From assembly GCA_002104945.1 (NCBI GenBank), contig MCFH01000006.1, forward strand, positions 744,001-808,000: a stretch of 64,000 bases of DNA. Reading direction: 5' to 3'. Source of the stretch: Piromyces finnis finn (taxonomy: Eukaryota; Fungi; Neocallimastigomycota). Below, in pieces: positions 53,814-64,000 of this stretch. Each line of letters starts with the position of its first letter. Positions within the stretch are counted from its first letter, which is position 1. The translations under genes were made by a program, and so were the position numbers. A model generated the notes under the pieces. It did no database searches. It worked only from the letters and a program-made list of their open reading frames with translations, and was not told the DNA's origin.

Positions 53814-54678
53814 TGGAATATATTGAAAATGTTAACATCATATATAAAAAAAAATTCAATTTATTTATAAAATATATATATATATATATATATTACCAAG
53901 TACAGTAAAAATAAGACAAAACATTACTATTAGTTTTTCTATGATTGTCTATTCTTATTCTTATTTATTGTTATATAATTAATATAAACATAATAATATA
54001 CAAATAAATATACCCATGTATAATTAACATAGATTTACATTTAATAATAACATCTTTTACTTATTAATAATTAATAAATAAAATACTAACTTAAATAAAT
54101 AAATAAATAATTAAGAGTTCATCTCATCTCAGGAGCTCTTAATATTAATAATAAAATCATATTTTAATATAATAAAACAAGACAAGGTGAATTAATGTAA
54201 AAAAAAAAAAAAATAATAATAAACTGTAAATCATATAAAATGCCTTATTTAAAGAAAACAAATTTAATGCTTTGATGGTAACAATTTATTGATTTGATAC
54301 AATTGTGTTAGCACCACCATCACTGAAGAGATTAAAAGAATATTTAGAAATAGATAAAGTGAATTATTATTACTATTATTTTATTTTTTTAATTTTTTTA
54401 TTTTTATTTTTTTTATTGTTTATAAAATGTCTAATGCCTTTTTTTTTTTCATTAAGTTTTAAGTTTGTATTTATTATAGTTAGTTTATTAATACTTAGCA
54501 ATTTATGTTTAACCTTATTTTATTTTAAAAAGTAATAAATATTAAAGTTTGAATTTATTTATTACTTTTATGATATTAATTGTATTTAATATTATTTTTA
54601 ATTTTTTTACATATATGGTTTTATTTCATTTCATAGTATCTATTAATCAATGTATTTTTATTAAAAGAAATGCTGTCG

Positions 54679-57066
54679 TTAGTAATATGGTGTAATAGAC
54701 CTTTTGGAATATGGTGATGGTGATGGAATTCTACTTTCACTTGATGATTTAGAATAACAAGAGGGTGTTGGTGTCTTAGATAACCTTCCACTATAGGCTA
54801 TTTTTGAACTTGATAAATTATCAGAGTGACTTGTAGAAGAATACATATATCCCCCAGTAGAATTTGGTAGTTTTAATTTATTTTCTGAATCTTGATAAGT
54901 ACTTGCCATTGTTCCTATTTTGGAAGCTGTAGAAGAAGATGCAGCTGTTTTGTATTTAGAGAATATTTTTGATGAGGAGCTAGTTGATGATGCAACACTT
55001 TCTGGATAATGTGTTCCAAGACGACTATTTGGTGTTTTTCTACCAGATGAATATTTAGATGAGTTAGTCGACGTTGTTGATAACATTGATGGTGACTTAC
55101 TTCTTTGTGAAGAAGCCATTTTATTTAAATAATTTTTTAGTTGTGGATTCTGTTCTAAAGATGATTTTCTTCCATATCCTGAAGATGGTTTATAGGTTGA
55201 AGTAGAAGACATACTAGAGGCTGATTTTAAAGAACTAGAATGATTTAAAATTTGAGGATTCTTATTATTTATTAAATCTTTAATAGAATAAGTAGCAATT
55301 GGATCATAAGTTCGGGATTCATAACTTTTAGAATATGGCGTTGGTGAAGAAGGTGAAGAATATCCAATTCTTGGTGAAGAAATATGCGATGTTTGTTTAC
55401 TATATAATGAAGATGAGGAAGATGAACCATATTTACTGATTGTTGGAGATGATGGTATATAAGAATTATTTGGTTTTAAGCTTGGAGAAGTTGGAATAAA
55501 TGAAGTATTTATCTTTTTTGGCTTTATGCCAGGCGATGTTGGAATAAATGAAGAGTTTGCTTTAATAGAAGGTGATGAAGGAATAAACGATGAAGTTGAT
55601 TTTAATGATGGTGATGTTGGAATAAATGAAGTAGATGCTTTAATATTTGGAGATGTGGGAATAAATGATGATTTCAATTTTGGAGAGGTTGATATATATA
55701 AATTATTTGAGTTAAGATTTGGTGACGAGGAATAAAAGCTCATATTATTCATTGATGATGGATTATAATTTGAAAAAGATTGATTTCCATAATATTCGGG
55801 TAAATGAAGATCTGAATGTAACGAAGAATTTGATTCAGTATCAATATCTGACTGATAAGTTGGTTGACTTTCGAAGTTAGCATGATCCATTAAATTATTT
55901 AATAAACTTGAATTATTTGGTGCTGCTGGTGCTGGTGGTTTTCTTGGATAATCTTCGTAATCATCGCTTAATCTATTTTTAGTATGAAATGAAGGTAATG
56001 AAAGATTTTCATTATTATTATAAATATCATCATTATAAAATGATGATTCAGTTGAAGAAGAATTAAAATGATTAAAAGTTTTCTTAAATGAATTAGAATA
56101 ATTATTATTTATTGAATTTATTTTATGAGAGGAACTATTATCATCTTTTTCATCATCACTTCCAGTATCAGCGTAATAATAATAACTCCTTCTCTCTAGC
56201 TTCTTTTTATTATTGGAATTATTTATTTTATTGTTATCATGATTTTCAGTTTCTCCAAGTTTTGGAGTTTTTATTTCTAATTCTTTTTCCGATAACAATG
56301 AATTTTTTCTTGGCTTTAAATTTTCAATTGTTTTCTTTGCTTCTTCGACTTTTGCAAGGAATCTTTTTTGTGCTAATTCACTTTTTTTCAAAAGACTAGA
56401 TTTTGTCATATTTACTTCAGATGTACTTATCTCATTTGCTTTATTATCATCAATATTTATTATTTCTATCTTTTTATCTTCCATTAAATTTTCAATTTTG
56501 TTTTTGGTATTAGTATTTATTATAGTAATATTACTATCACTATCATTGTCTTCTATATTTATGGTCTCATTATTTATGATTTTTTGTGGTTCTAAATCGA
56601 TTTCAGTATTTGGACTATCACAACGATGAATTTCAGGACTATTGTTAGTTTTCGTCAATGATTCTTCAATTTCAGTATCTTCAAAATCATCTTGACTAAC
56701 TAATTTGAAGTTACTCATAAATTTACTGTCTAAATCAGAAATTTCTAAATCATCAAATAATGAATCAGAATTAAATGTAGAAGAATTATTATCAAACAAA
56801 TTTATACTATCTTTAGTTCTACGTTTGCTGATATCTTCTAAATTTATACTATTATTATCCTTTGAATCAATTTTATCATCGTCCGTTGCAAGCCATTCTA
56901 AAACACTATTTCTAGATTCACCTTCATTTTTTACTTTTCTTCTAAATGTATTAGTTCTATCAAAAGGTTCTGAAGTATATAACCATTCGTCATCGAGAAG
57001 ATCATTATCGTCTAGGTCTAAAGTACTAGAATTTCTTTGATTATTATAAAAATTATCAAAATTCAT
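54679..57066 (-). CDS. Intronless Ser/Pro/Asn-rich disordered protein with internal (F/Y)IP(T/S)SPxxK repeats; function unknown
   Basis: 795-aa open ORF with an acidic N-terminal part, a short coiled-coil-like segment (ELAQKRFLAKVEEAKK) and a Ser-rich basic C-terminal half. Confidence 0.85.
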   Translation of the reverse strand: MNFDNFYNNQRNSSTLDLDDNDLLDDEWLYTSEPFDRTNTFRRKVKNEGESRNSVLEWLATDDDKIDSKDNNSINLEDISKRRTKDSINLFDNNSSTFNSDSLFDDLEISDLDSKFMSNFKLVSQDDFEDTEIEESLTKTNNSPEIHRCDSPNTEIDLEPQKIINNETINIEDNDSDSNITIINTNTKNKIENLMEDKKIEIINIDDNKANEISTSEVNMTKSSLLKKSELAQKRFLAKVEEAKKTIENLKPRKNSLLSEKELEIKTPKLGETENHDNNKINNSNNKKKLERRSYYYYADTGSDDEKDDNSSSHKINSINNNYSNSFKKTFNHFNSSSTESSFYNDDIYNNNENLSLPSFHTKNRLSDDYEDYPRKPPAPAAPNNSSLLNNLMDHANFESQPTYQSDIDTESNSSLHSDLHLPEYYGNQSFSNYNPSSMNNMSFYSSSPNLNSNNLYISTSPKLKSSFIPTSPNIKASTSFIPTSPSLKSTSSFIPSSPSIKANSSFIPTSPGIKPKKINTSFIPTSPSLKPNNSYIPSSPTISKYGSSSSSSLYSKQTSHISSPRIGYSSPSSPTPYSKSYESRTYDPIATYSIKDLINNKNPQILNHSSSLKSASSMSSTSTYKPSSGYGRKSSLEQNPQLKNYLNKMASSQRSKSPSMLSTTSTNSSKYSSGRKTPNSRLGTHYPESVASSTSSSSKIFSKYKTAASSSTASKIGTMASTYQDSENKLKLPNSTGGYMYSSTSHSDNLSSSKIAYSGRLSKTPTPSCYSKSSSESRIPSPSPYSKRSITPYY

Positions 57067-58627
57067 TTTATTATGTTTTATATATTCTATTATTACTTTA
57101 AATTTAACACAGATTATTTGGTAAAAAAAAAATAATATTATAAACTATTTTTTTTTAAAAAGATTGCGTTTTATATTATGAAAATGAAAATATTTATGAA
57201 TTAAAAAATTTTTTTTATGAACTAAAAAGAAATACAATTTTAAAAAGTATATATATATACTTATATATATATTTTATGAATGAATTAATATATTTATTAA
57301 TGTTATCTTTAATTTTATTTTTATATTTATTTTTTTAAATTTATTTATTTTATTTTTTCTTTTTAATTATAAATTATTTATTATTAATTATTTCTGAATT
57401 ATTGAAATACATAAAAGTATTATTATTTTTTAATTATTGTTTTTTATATATCTTTATTAATAGTTGTTTCTTTTTCTTTTCCCTATTTTTATTGTATTAT
57501 TTAATTAATTAATTTTTATTTTGTTTTATTAAATGCAATAAATTGAAATAAAAACAGTAAAATTATTATTAATTATTTTTGGATTATTGAAATGCATAAA
57601 AATACTATTATTTTTTTATATATCTTTATTTATAGTTTTCTTTTCCTTATTTTTATTATATTATTTAATTAATTAATTACTTATTTTGTTTTATTAAATG
57701 CGCAATAAAATGAAATAAAAATAATAAAACTATATAAAAAAAGATTTGTCTATTCCTATGCTATTTTTATTTTTGCATGTTTATTATTATTTTTAAATCT
57801 TTATTGCAAATAGCTATTTACACTATTTCTGTTTTTTTTTTTTTTTTTTTATTTTAACAGTAATCTATTTTGAAAATTATTTCAAACTATTCTTTACTCA
57901 TTTATTATTGTAACGAATATATTATAACGAGGTATAAAAATATCCCAATTATAATTTATTATTTATATTATTTAATAAAATTTTATTAAATAATATAAAG
58001 AAGACATAATATTTATGTTCTAATACTATAATATTGTAATATTAATAATAGATAAAATTTTTATAAGCACAAAAAAATAAATTTATCATAAATTAATTAA
58101 ATAGAATATTATTGAAAGAATATATGTTATATATATTATTATATATAATAAGTATTTATGTGGTATATATATAATAAAGTATCAAAATATTGAGAGTTTA
58201 AGATTACACAAATGAAGTATAAGATTTATACTATTGGATAGTTAGATTAATACAATTTCATTGAATTGTTTAACAAAAATTTATATTATACATTTATATG
58301 CTAAATATACAAGCCTTTCTTTTTTAAAATAATATAATTATTTTTTAAATTATATTATTAATACTATTATTTCATAATTGAATTTCAATTATATCAAAAA
58401 ATAACAATTATTAATTTTATATTATTATCTATAGATTATTATTAAATATTTATAGAAATGTTTTTTTTATATATTAAATTAAAATTTTAATTTATTTCTT
58501 ATTGTACATTATGAAATCTATAAATTTTAATTATTAGTTTTTGGTATAAATTTTTTTATATCGAAATGTCTACATTTTATATAAAAGATTAATTATAATT
58601 TATATTTCATAAATAAGATATAATTCA

Positions 58628-59010
<383 letters not shown>

Positions 59011-59450
59011 TGTTTTGTATAATACTTTTTTTTGAATATTATATTTTTATATAAATTCTAATTATGTCATTTTATTTTTTAATACATTTAAATGTAGAAA
59101 AATATTTCAATTTTTTTTGTTTGTCTATGTTATATGTTTATATATCTTGTTTATATATCTATGTTGACAAAGGGTAAATTGATGTTTGAAAAATAATCTT
59201 ATAAATATCATTCTATTAATTTTTATATATATGATAAAAATCAAAGAATTTATTAAAATTTTGTAAAATTTTTATTGAATATTATTTTAATAATATTTAT
59301 CAATATTTATATATAAAAAATTTATTTATTAAAAAACATCTTTTTTTATATTTATAAAAGTAAGAATAGGTAAAATTATAAACTTTTTAATTTTTATACA
59401 AGAAGCTTTTTTTTTTCCTTTCTATTATTATAAAAGTATAGAAATAGAAA

Positions 59451-61348
59451 ATGAAGAATAATAAGAATATTAAAAATAATAAATTTAGTAACAATAAACG
59501 TGAAAAAAATAAAATTGAAAATCCAAAAAGTAAATTTAGTGTAAAATTATTATTATTAGTATTTTCACTATTTGTAATATCAACATTCTCAACTTCAGTT
59601 ACAAATTTCAAATTAAAAGTAATGTTCATTTTTCTTTAATTATTATATATGTATTTTTTAAATAATTTTTCATATAGTTAAAATAATTATAATTATTTTT
59701 AATACTTATGCTTCATAATTTCATCTTAACTTTATATAATTTGGAAAGTTACTTTATACAAAATGAATAAAACATTTTTATTGATCAAATATAAAGCAAT
59801 AATAAATAATAATAGAGATAAAAATAAAAATAATAAAAACACGAAATAGGCAATTTAAGGAACTTTATATTAACTAATTTCTCATTATATTTTTTATTTT
59901 TAAATTTATGAAATGTATTATTCATTTAATAGAACTATAAAAATATATTTGCAAACAAAATGACAACAAAAATTGACTATGATACTTTAGCTAAAAAGTA
60001 TTATGACGAATATCTTGAAACCTTAAAAAAATTAATTGCTATTCCATCAGTTTATGATGAAGCAACAGTTAGTGATGAACATCCATTTGGTGAAAATGTT
60101 ACCAAAGCATTAAATTTTATGGTTGACCTTGCAAAGAAAGATGATTTTCAAGTTAAGAATTATGATAACAAAGTTGTTGAAATTATAATTGGGGATTACG
60201 AAGAAAACGTCACTCTTTTAGGCCATACTGATGTTGTTCCAGCTGGAGCTACTGGTTGGGAATATGATCCATTTACTCTTACAGAAGTTGACGGTGGCGT
60301 ATTGCGTGCTCGTGGTGTTAGTGATGATAAAGGTCCAATGTTAGCTTCATATTATTCCTTAAAGTTACTTAAAGAAAATAATTTATTAGGTAAATATCAA
60401 GTTCGTTTACTTGTTGGTGGTAATGAAGAAAGTGGCTCAGCTTGCATGCATCATTATTTCCAAACTTTAAAGATGAAGCAACCAACTTATGGTTTTTCTC
60501 CAGATGCAGATTTCCCATTAATTTATGGTGAAAAAGGTATTATTAATTATGAAGTTAAGGGTAATTTCGATTTAAAAAATATTCACTCTATTATTGGTGG
60601 TGTTGCCTTCAACAGTGTAATTGAAAAATGTACTGTAAATTTAGATTCTGATCCAAAATTTGTTGAATACTTAAAGCAAAACAATGTAAAATTTGAAATG
60701 GAAGAAAATGGTGATACTACTGATATTATTTTTATAGGTAAGGCTGCTCATGGTTCTACCCCAGAACAAGGTATAAATGCTGCCATGGTTGCTGTTAATA
60801 ATTTAGCTAAATTCTATAATAATGCGGAATTACACAAGATATGTGAAATGTATAATGATCCATATGGTAAAGGTATCAATGCATACAATGAAAGTAAAGA
60901 TATGGGTAAAAACAGCATGAATCTTGGTATTTTCCATTATGAAAATAAGCATTTATCTTTAATTGTTAATTTCCGTCATGTTGATGGTGTAAACCCAGAA
61001 TCTGTTATCAATAACATCAAGGAAGCAAATAAACCTTACGAAATTGAAGTTTCTAGTATAAACAAATTACTTTTCTATCCATTAGATTCTACCTTAGTTT
61101 CTACCTTATTAAATGTTTATCAAGAAGAAACTGGTGATTATGAAAGTAAGCCTCTTGCTATTGGTGGTGGTACTTATGCTAAGGATGCTGATAATATTGT
61201 TGCTTTTGGCTTAACCTTCCCAGGTGTTGAACCACATATGCATGATCCACAAGAAAACATTAAGAAAGATGATTTATTTAAGGGTATTTCTATCTATGCT
61301 CATGCTATTGTTGCTTTAGGTAATAAAATCGAAGAAGAAAAAAAGTAA
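59451..61348 (+). CDS. pepV: M20 dipeptidase of bacterial PepV/Sapep type; core 59960-61348 is intronless, with a probable upstream exon 59451-59618 encoding a signal anchor
   Basis: Metal ligands are all present: GHTDVVP, RGVSDDKGP, GNEESG, FSPDADFP, and GGGTYA...HMHDPQE. The upstream exon ends at a phase-0 GTAATG donor (59619), and the AG acceptor at 59931-59932 is in frame with ATG 59960. Confidence 0.9.
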
Positions 61349-61884
61349 AATATAATTAAAAATAATAAGAAATACTATATTCTTAAATAGTTAAATAGTA
61401 ATATATATATATCAAAAACAAAATAAAACAAAGCAAAACAAAAAAACAAACAAACAAACGACGAATAAACAAAAAACAAAAAACAAAACAGAACACAAAT
61501 ATTATTAAAGTATTAAAATAAAAACTAATAAAATACAGTAAAATAAATAATAAAACATAAATATTTATAATATATTATAAAATTTATTGTTATTTTGATG
61601 ATATTTATTTACATTTTTTTTTTCATTATTATTATTTTCAAACAAATAAACAAATGTATAAAATAAAATAATAATATGTTATTTTATTATTTTATTTACT
61701 GCTCTTATATTTAAAAAAAATTATAAAATATAGTCATTGTATAAAAATATATAGGTTATTAAAATTTTAAATTATTTTTATTCTGTTTATATATTGTTAT
61801 TGATAGCCGTATTGAAAAGTTAAACGTTAATCCTTGTGAATAATAATAATGATACCAATTAAAAATAAAAACAATTTATTATTA

Positions 61885-63342
61885 TTATTTCTTTTGCTCA
61901 GCGCTAATGACGCTTAAACATTTCCATTCATTAGTGTATGATGCTAAAATGATTTTTATATTTATAAGTAAATAGAATATTCATGATTTATATAAATATA
62001 ATTATTATGTACTTTTTCTTTACTACAAACCTTTCCAAAGTCTTATTTTTCCATCATCACCACTAGATGATAATATTGTTCCAGTGACATTCCATTCGAC
62101 TCTCCAAACCTATAATTGTTTATTTAGCAAATTCAGTAAAAATATTCTTTTACAAAAATATTTTTAATTCATTTATTTAAATATATATATTGAAGTTAAC
62201 CTCTGAGCCATGATCTTTAAACTCTTCAATGAGCTCAACTTTAAATTTACTGTCATTTTTTATTACATTTGTATTTATAATATTTTTATTTTTAACAGAT
62301 TCATTTGAGAGTTTAAAAATTCTAACTCTTCCATCTTTACATGCGGTAGCGATCAATTGATAACTTCTACCAACATTTGGTGCCCATGCAACGTCATGTA
62401 CTATATCTTGATGTCCATTTAATACTTCGCATATTTGCCATTTATTATGTTGATCTAATTTATAAATCTATACATTTTTTATGTTAAGATTAATTTTTAA
62501 AATAAAGTTATTAATGTTCTTAAGATCATAATAGAAGTAACATCTTTTTATATTATTTTTTGAAACTCATACTCTTGCTGTGTTTTCTCTACCACAACCG
62601 ACGACTATCATTGGTTGATTAAAACGTGAAGTACTCCATGATAAACAGTAATGTCCATCAGATTCCTTTCCTGCAGATGTAACTTCAATCTCTTCCTGTT
62701 ATTATCATTTTTGTTTTTACAGTTTAATTTTTATATATATATATTATCAAATTGATAGAAATTTAAGTAACTATTTCATTTTATTTTAAATAAAAATAAA
62801 ATTTTGGAATAATAATTACAAGTAAAGTCCAATGTAATAAATTCATAATATCCATTGCTTCATATATTCTTAATTTTCCATCTGCTGATATTGTTGCCTT
62901 TAGATTAATAAAAATTATTCAATTAATTTATAATTTTTATAATTTATTAAAATGGATTTATTAATAAAGATGTGAAAGGAAACACGTTATTACAAGTTTA
63001 AGTCCTAAATAATTTGGTGCAAATTCAATATCTTGAACTGAACCTTGGCTTTCAACTAATTTTGCTTTTTCTACCCATCTTTTTCCGCCTTTTAAAGTTA
63101 TAAAAATTTTAATTTTACTTGTCATTTATGCTTTGCGGGTTTAATTATACAAATTATTAATGTTCATATATATACCATATTCTTGTTCTTCCCATATTTT
63201 TACTGTTCTATCAATTGAACAAGATGCAAAAACTTGTCCGAATTCTGGATGAGCCCAGCTAACTTTTAATATTGAACAATCATGGGCCTATATATTTGTA
63301 CATTATTAAATTATCAATATATTAAAAATTAAATATTAGACT

Positions 63343-63376
<34 letters not shown>

Positions 63377-63710
63377 TAGTTCACTGATGAAGAATGAAAA
63401 TTTATCAATTTAGAATAATTTTTTTTATTAAATAACTTTAAAAATAATGAATTGTTAGAGTATTGTATTCACCTTCCATGAATCATTCATTATCCATTGA
63501 CCAGTTTCTTCGTTAAGATCCCATACTTTAATTCTTTGATCTGAAGAACAAGTAACCAACCTATTTATAATAATAATAGTAATTAATAATTTTTCATATA
63601 ATATAATTTTTACACTAATATAAATACCTATTTCCATAATAATTATATGAAAGATCGTGAATTAAATCTTCATGGTAGGTATCTAGTTGTTGAATTTGAT
63701 TTGTTATCAT
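61885..63710 (-). CDS. SEH1: WD40 nucleoporin / SEA complex subunit Seh1; multi-exon
   Basis: [16 protein letters not shown]|[14 protein letters not shown]...|[103 protein letters not shown]. Confidence 0.95.
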
Positions 63711-64000
63711 ATCTATTTTATTTAATTAAATTTTATTTTATTTATTTATTTTTTATAAATACTTTTCTTTTTATATTGTACTAAATATTAAATATTAACA
63801 CCTAGGTTATATTATATGAAATAAAATTATTAAGCAAAATTTTGTCCTATTATATTTAAATTATGTATTAATAATGATTAATAAAATAATTCAATTTTTA
63901 AAGTGTAATTTAATTTTAAAATTTTTACTAATAGGTAAAATTAAAAGAAAAATATTAAAATATAAAAATTAAAAAAATGCTATGAATAAATAAACTAAAA

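Noticed and set aside
54112-54140. Hairpin AAGAGTTC...GAGCTCTT as a Helitron 3' end
   Set aside because: No downstream CTRR terminus and no second copy in the window.
54305-54358. Exon-like stretch LAPPSLKRLKEYLEIDK followed by GT
   Set aside because: No convincing acceptor or partner exons and no recognisable homology; it may be the antisense 3' UTR of the adjacent gene.
57385-57725. Degenerate ~170-bp tandem duplication (similar small ones at ~28030-28140 and ~40270-40710)
   Set aside because: AT-rich intergenic duplications with no termini, ORF or spacer structure; not CRISPR-like or MITE-like.

Overview
Extremely AT-rich, intron-rich eukaryotic DNA; the composition, A/T microsatellites, short GT-AG introns and gene content best fit an anaerobic gut fungus (Neocallimastigomycota; this is inference). 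The 5.3-15.6 kb region is a nest of retroelements. An old LINE 3' fragment is followed by a second LINE copy, which has been hit by an intact Ty3/gypsy LTR retrotransposon (LTRs identical by eye, tRNA-Ala-like PBS, -1 frameshift cassette) and by two further same-family LINE insertions with clear target-site duplications. Host genes: a bacterial-type PLP aspartate decarboxylase (PanP-like), RPS13, a hexokinase-like protein, EFM7/NNT1, a MacroD hydrolase, dynein light chain, VPS33, CDC24, an orphan membrane protein, an Argonaute, a multi-TM RGS protein, a Ser/Pro-rich repeat protein, a bacterial-type PepV dipeptidase and SEH1. The most notable observations are: (i) an Argonaute whose first catalytic Asp is Asn and which carries a ~640-aa Asn/Ser-rich insertion just before its conserved C-terminus; (ii) a hexokinase whose catalytic Asp is also Asn; (iii) two likely horizontally acquired genes, one apparently fused to a new signal-anchor exon; (iv) LINEs inserted into their own family at GC-rich sites. 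No database searches were run, and exon boundaries were read by eye.
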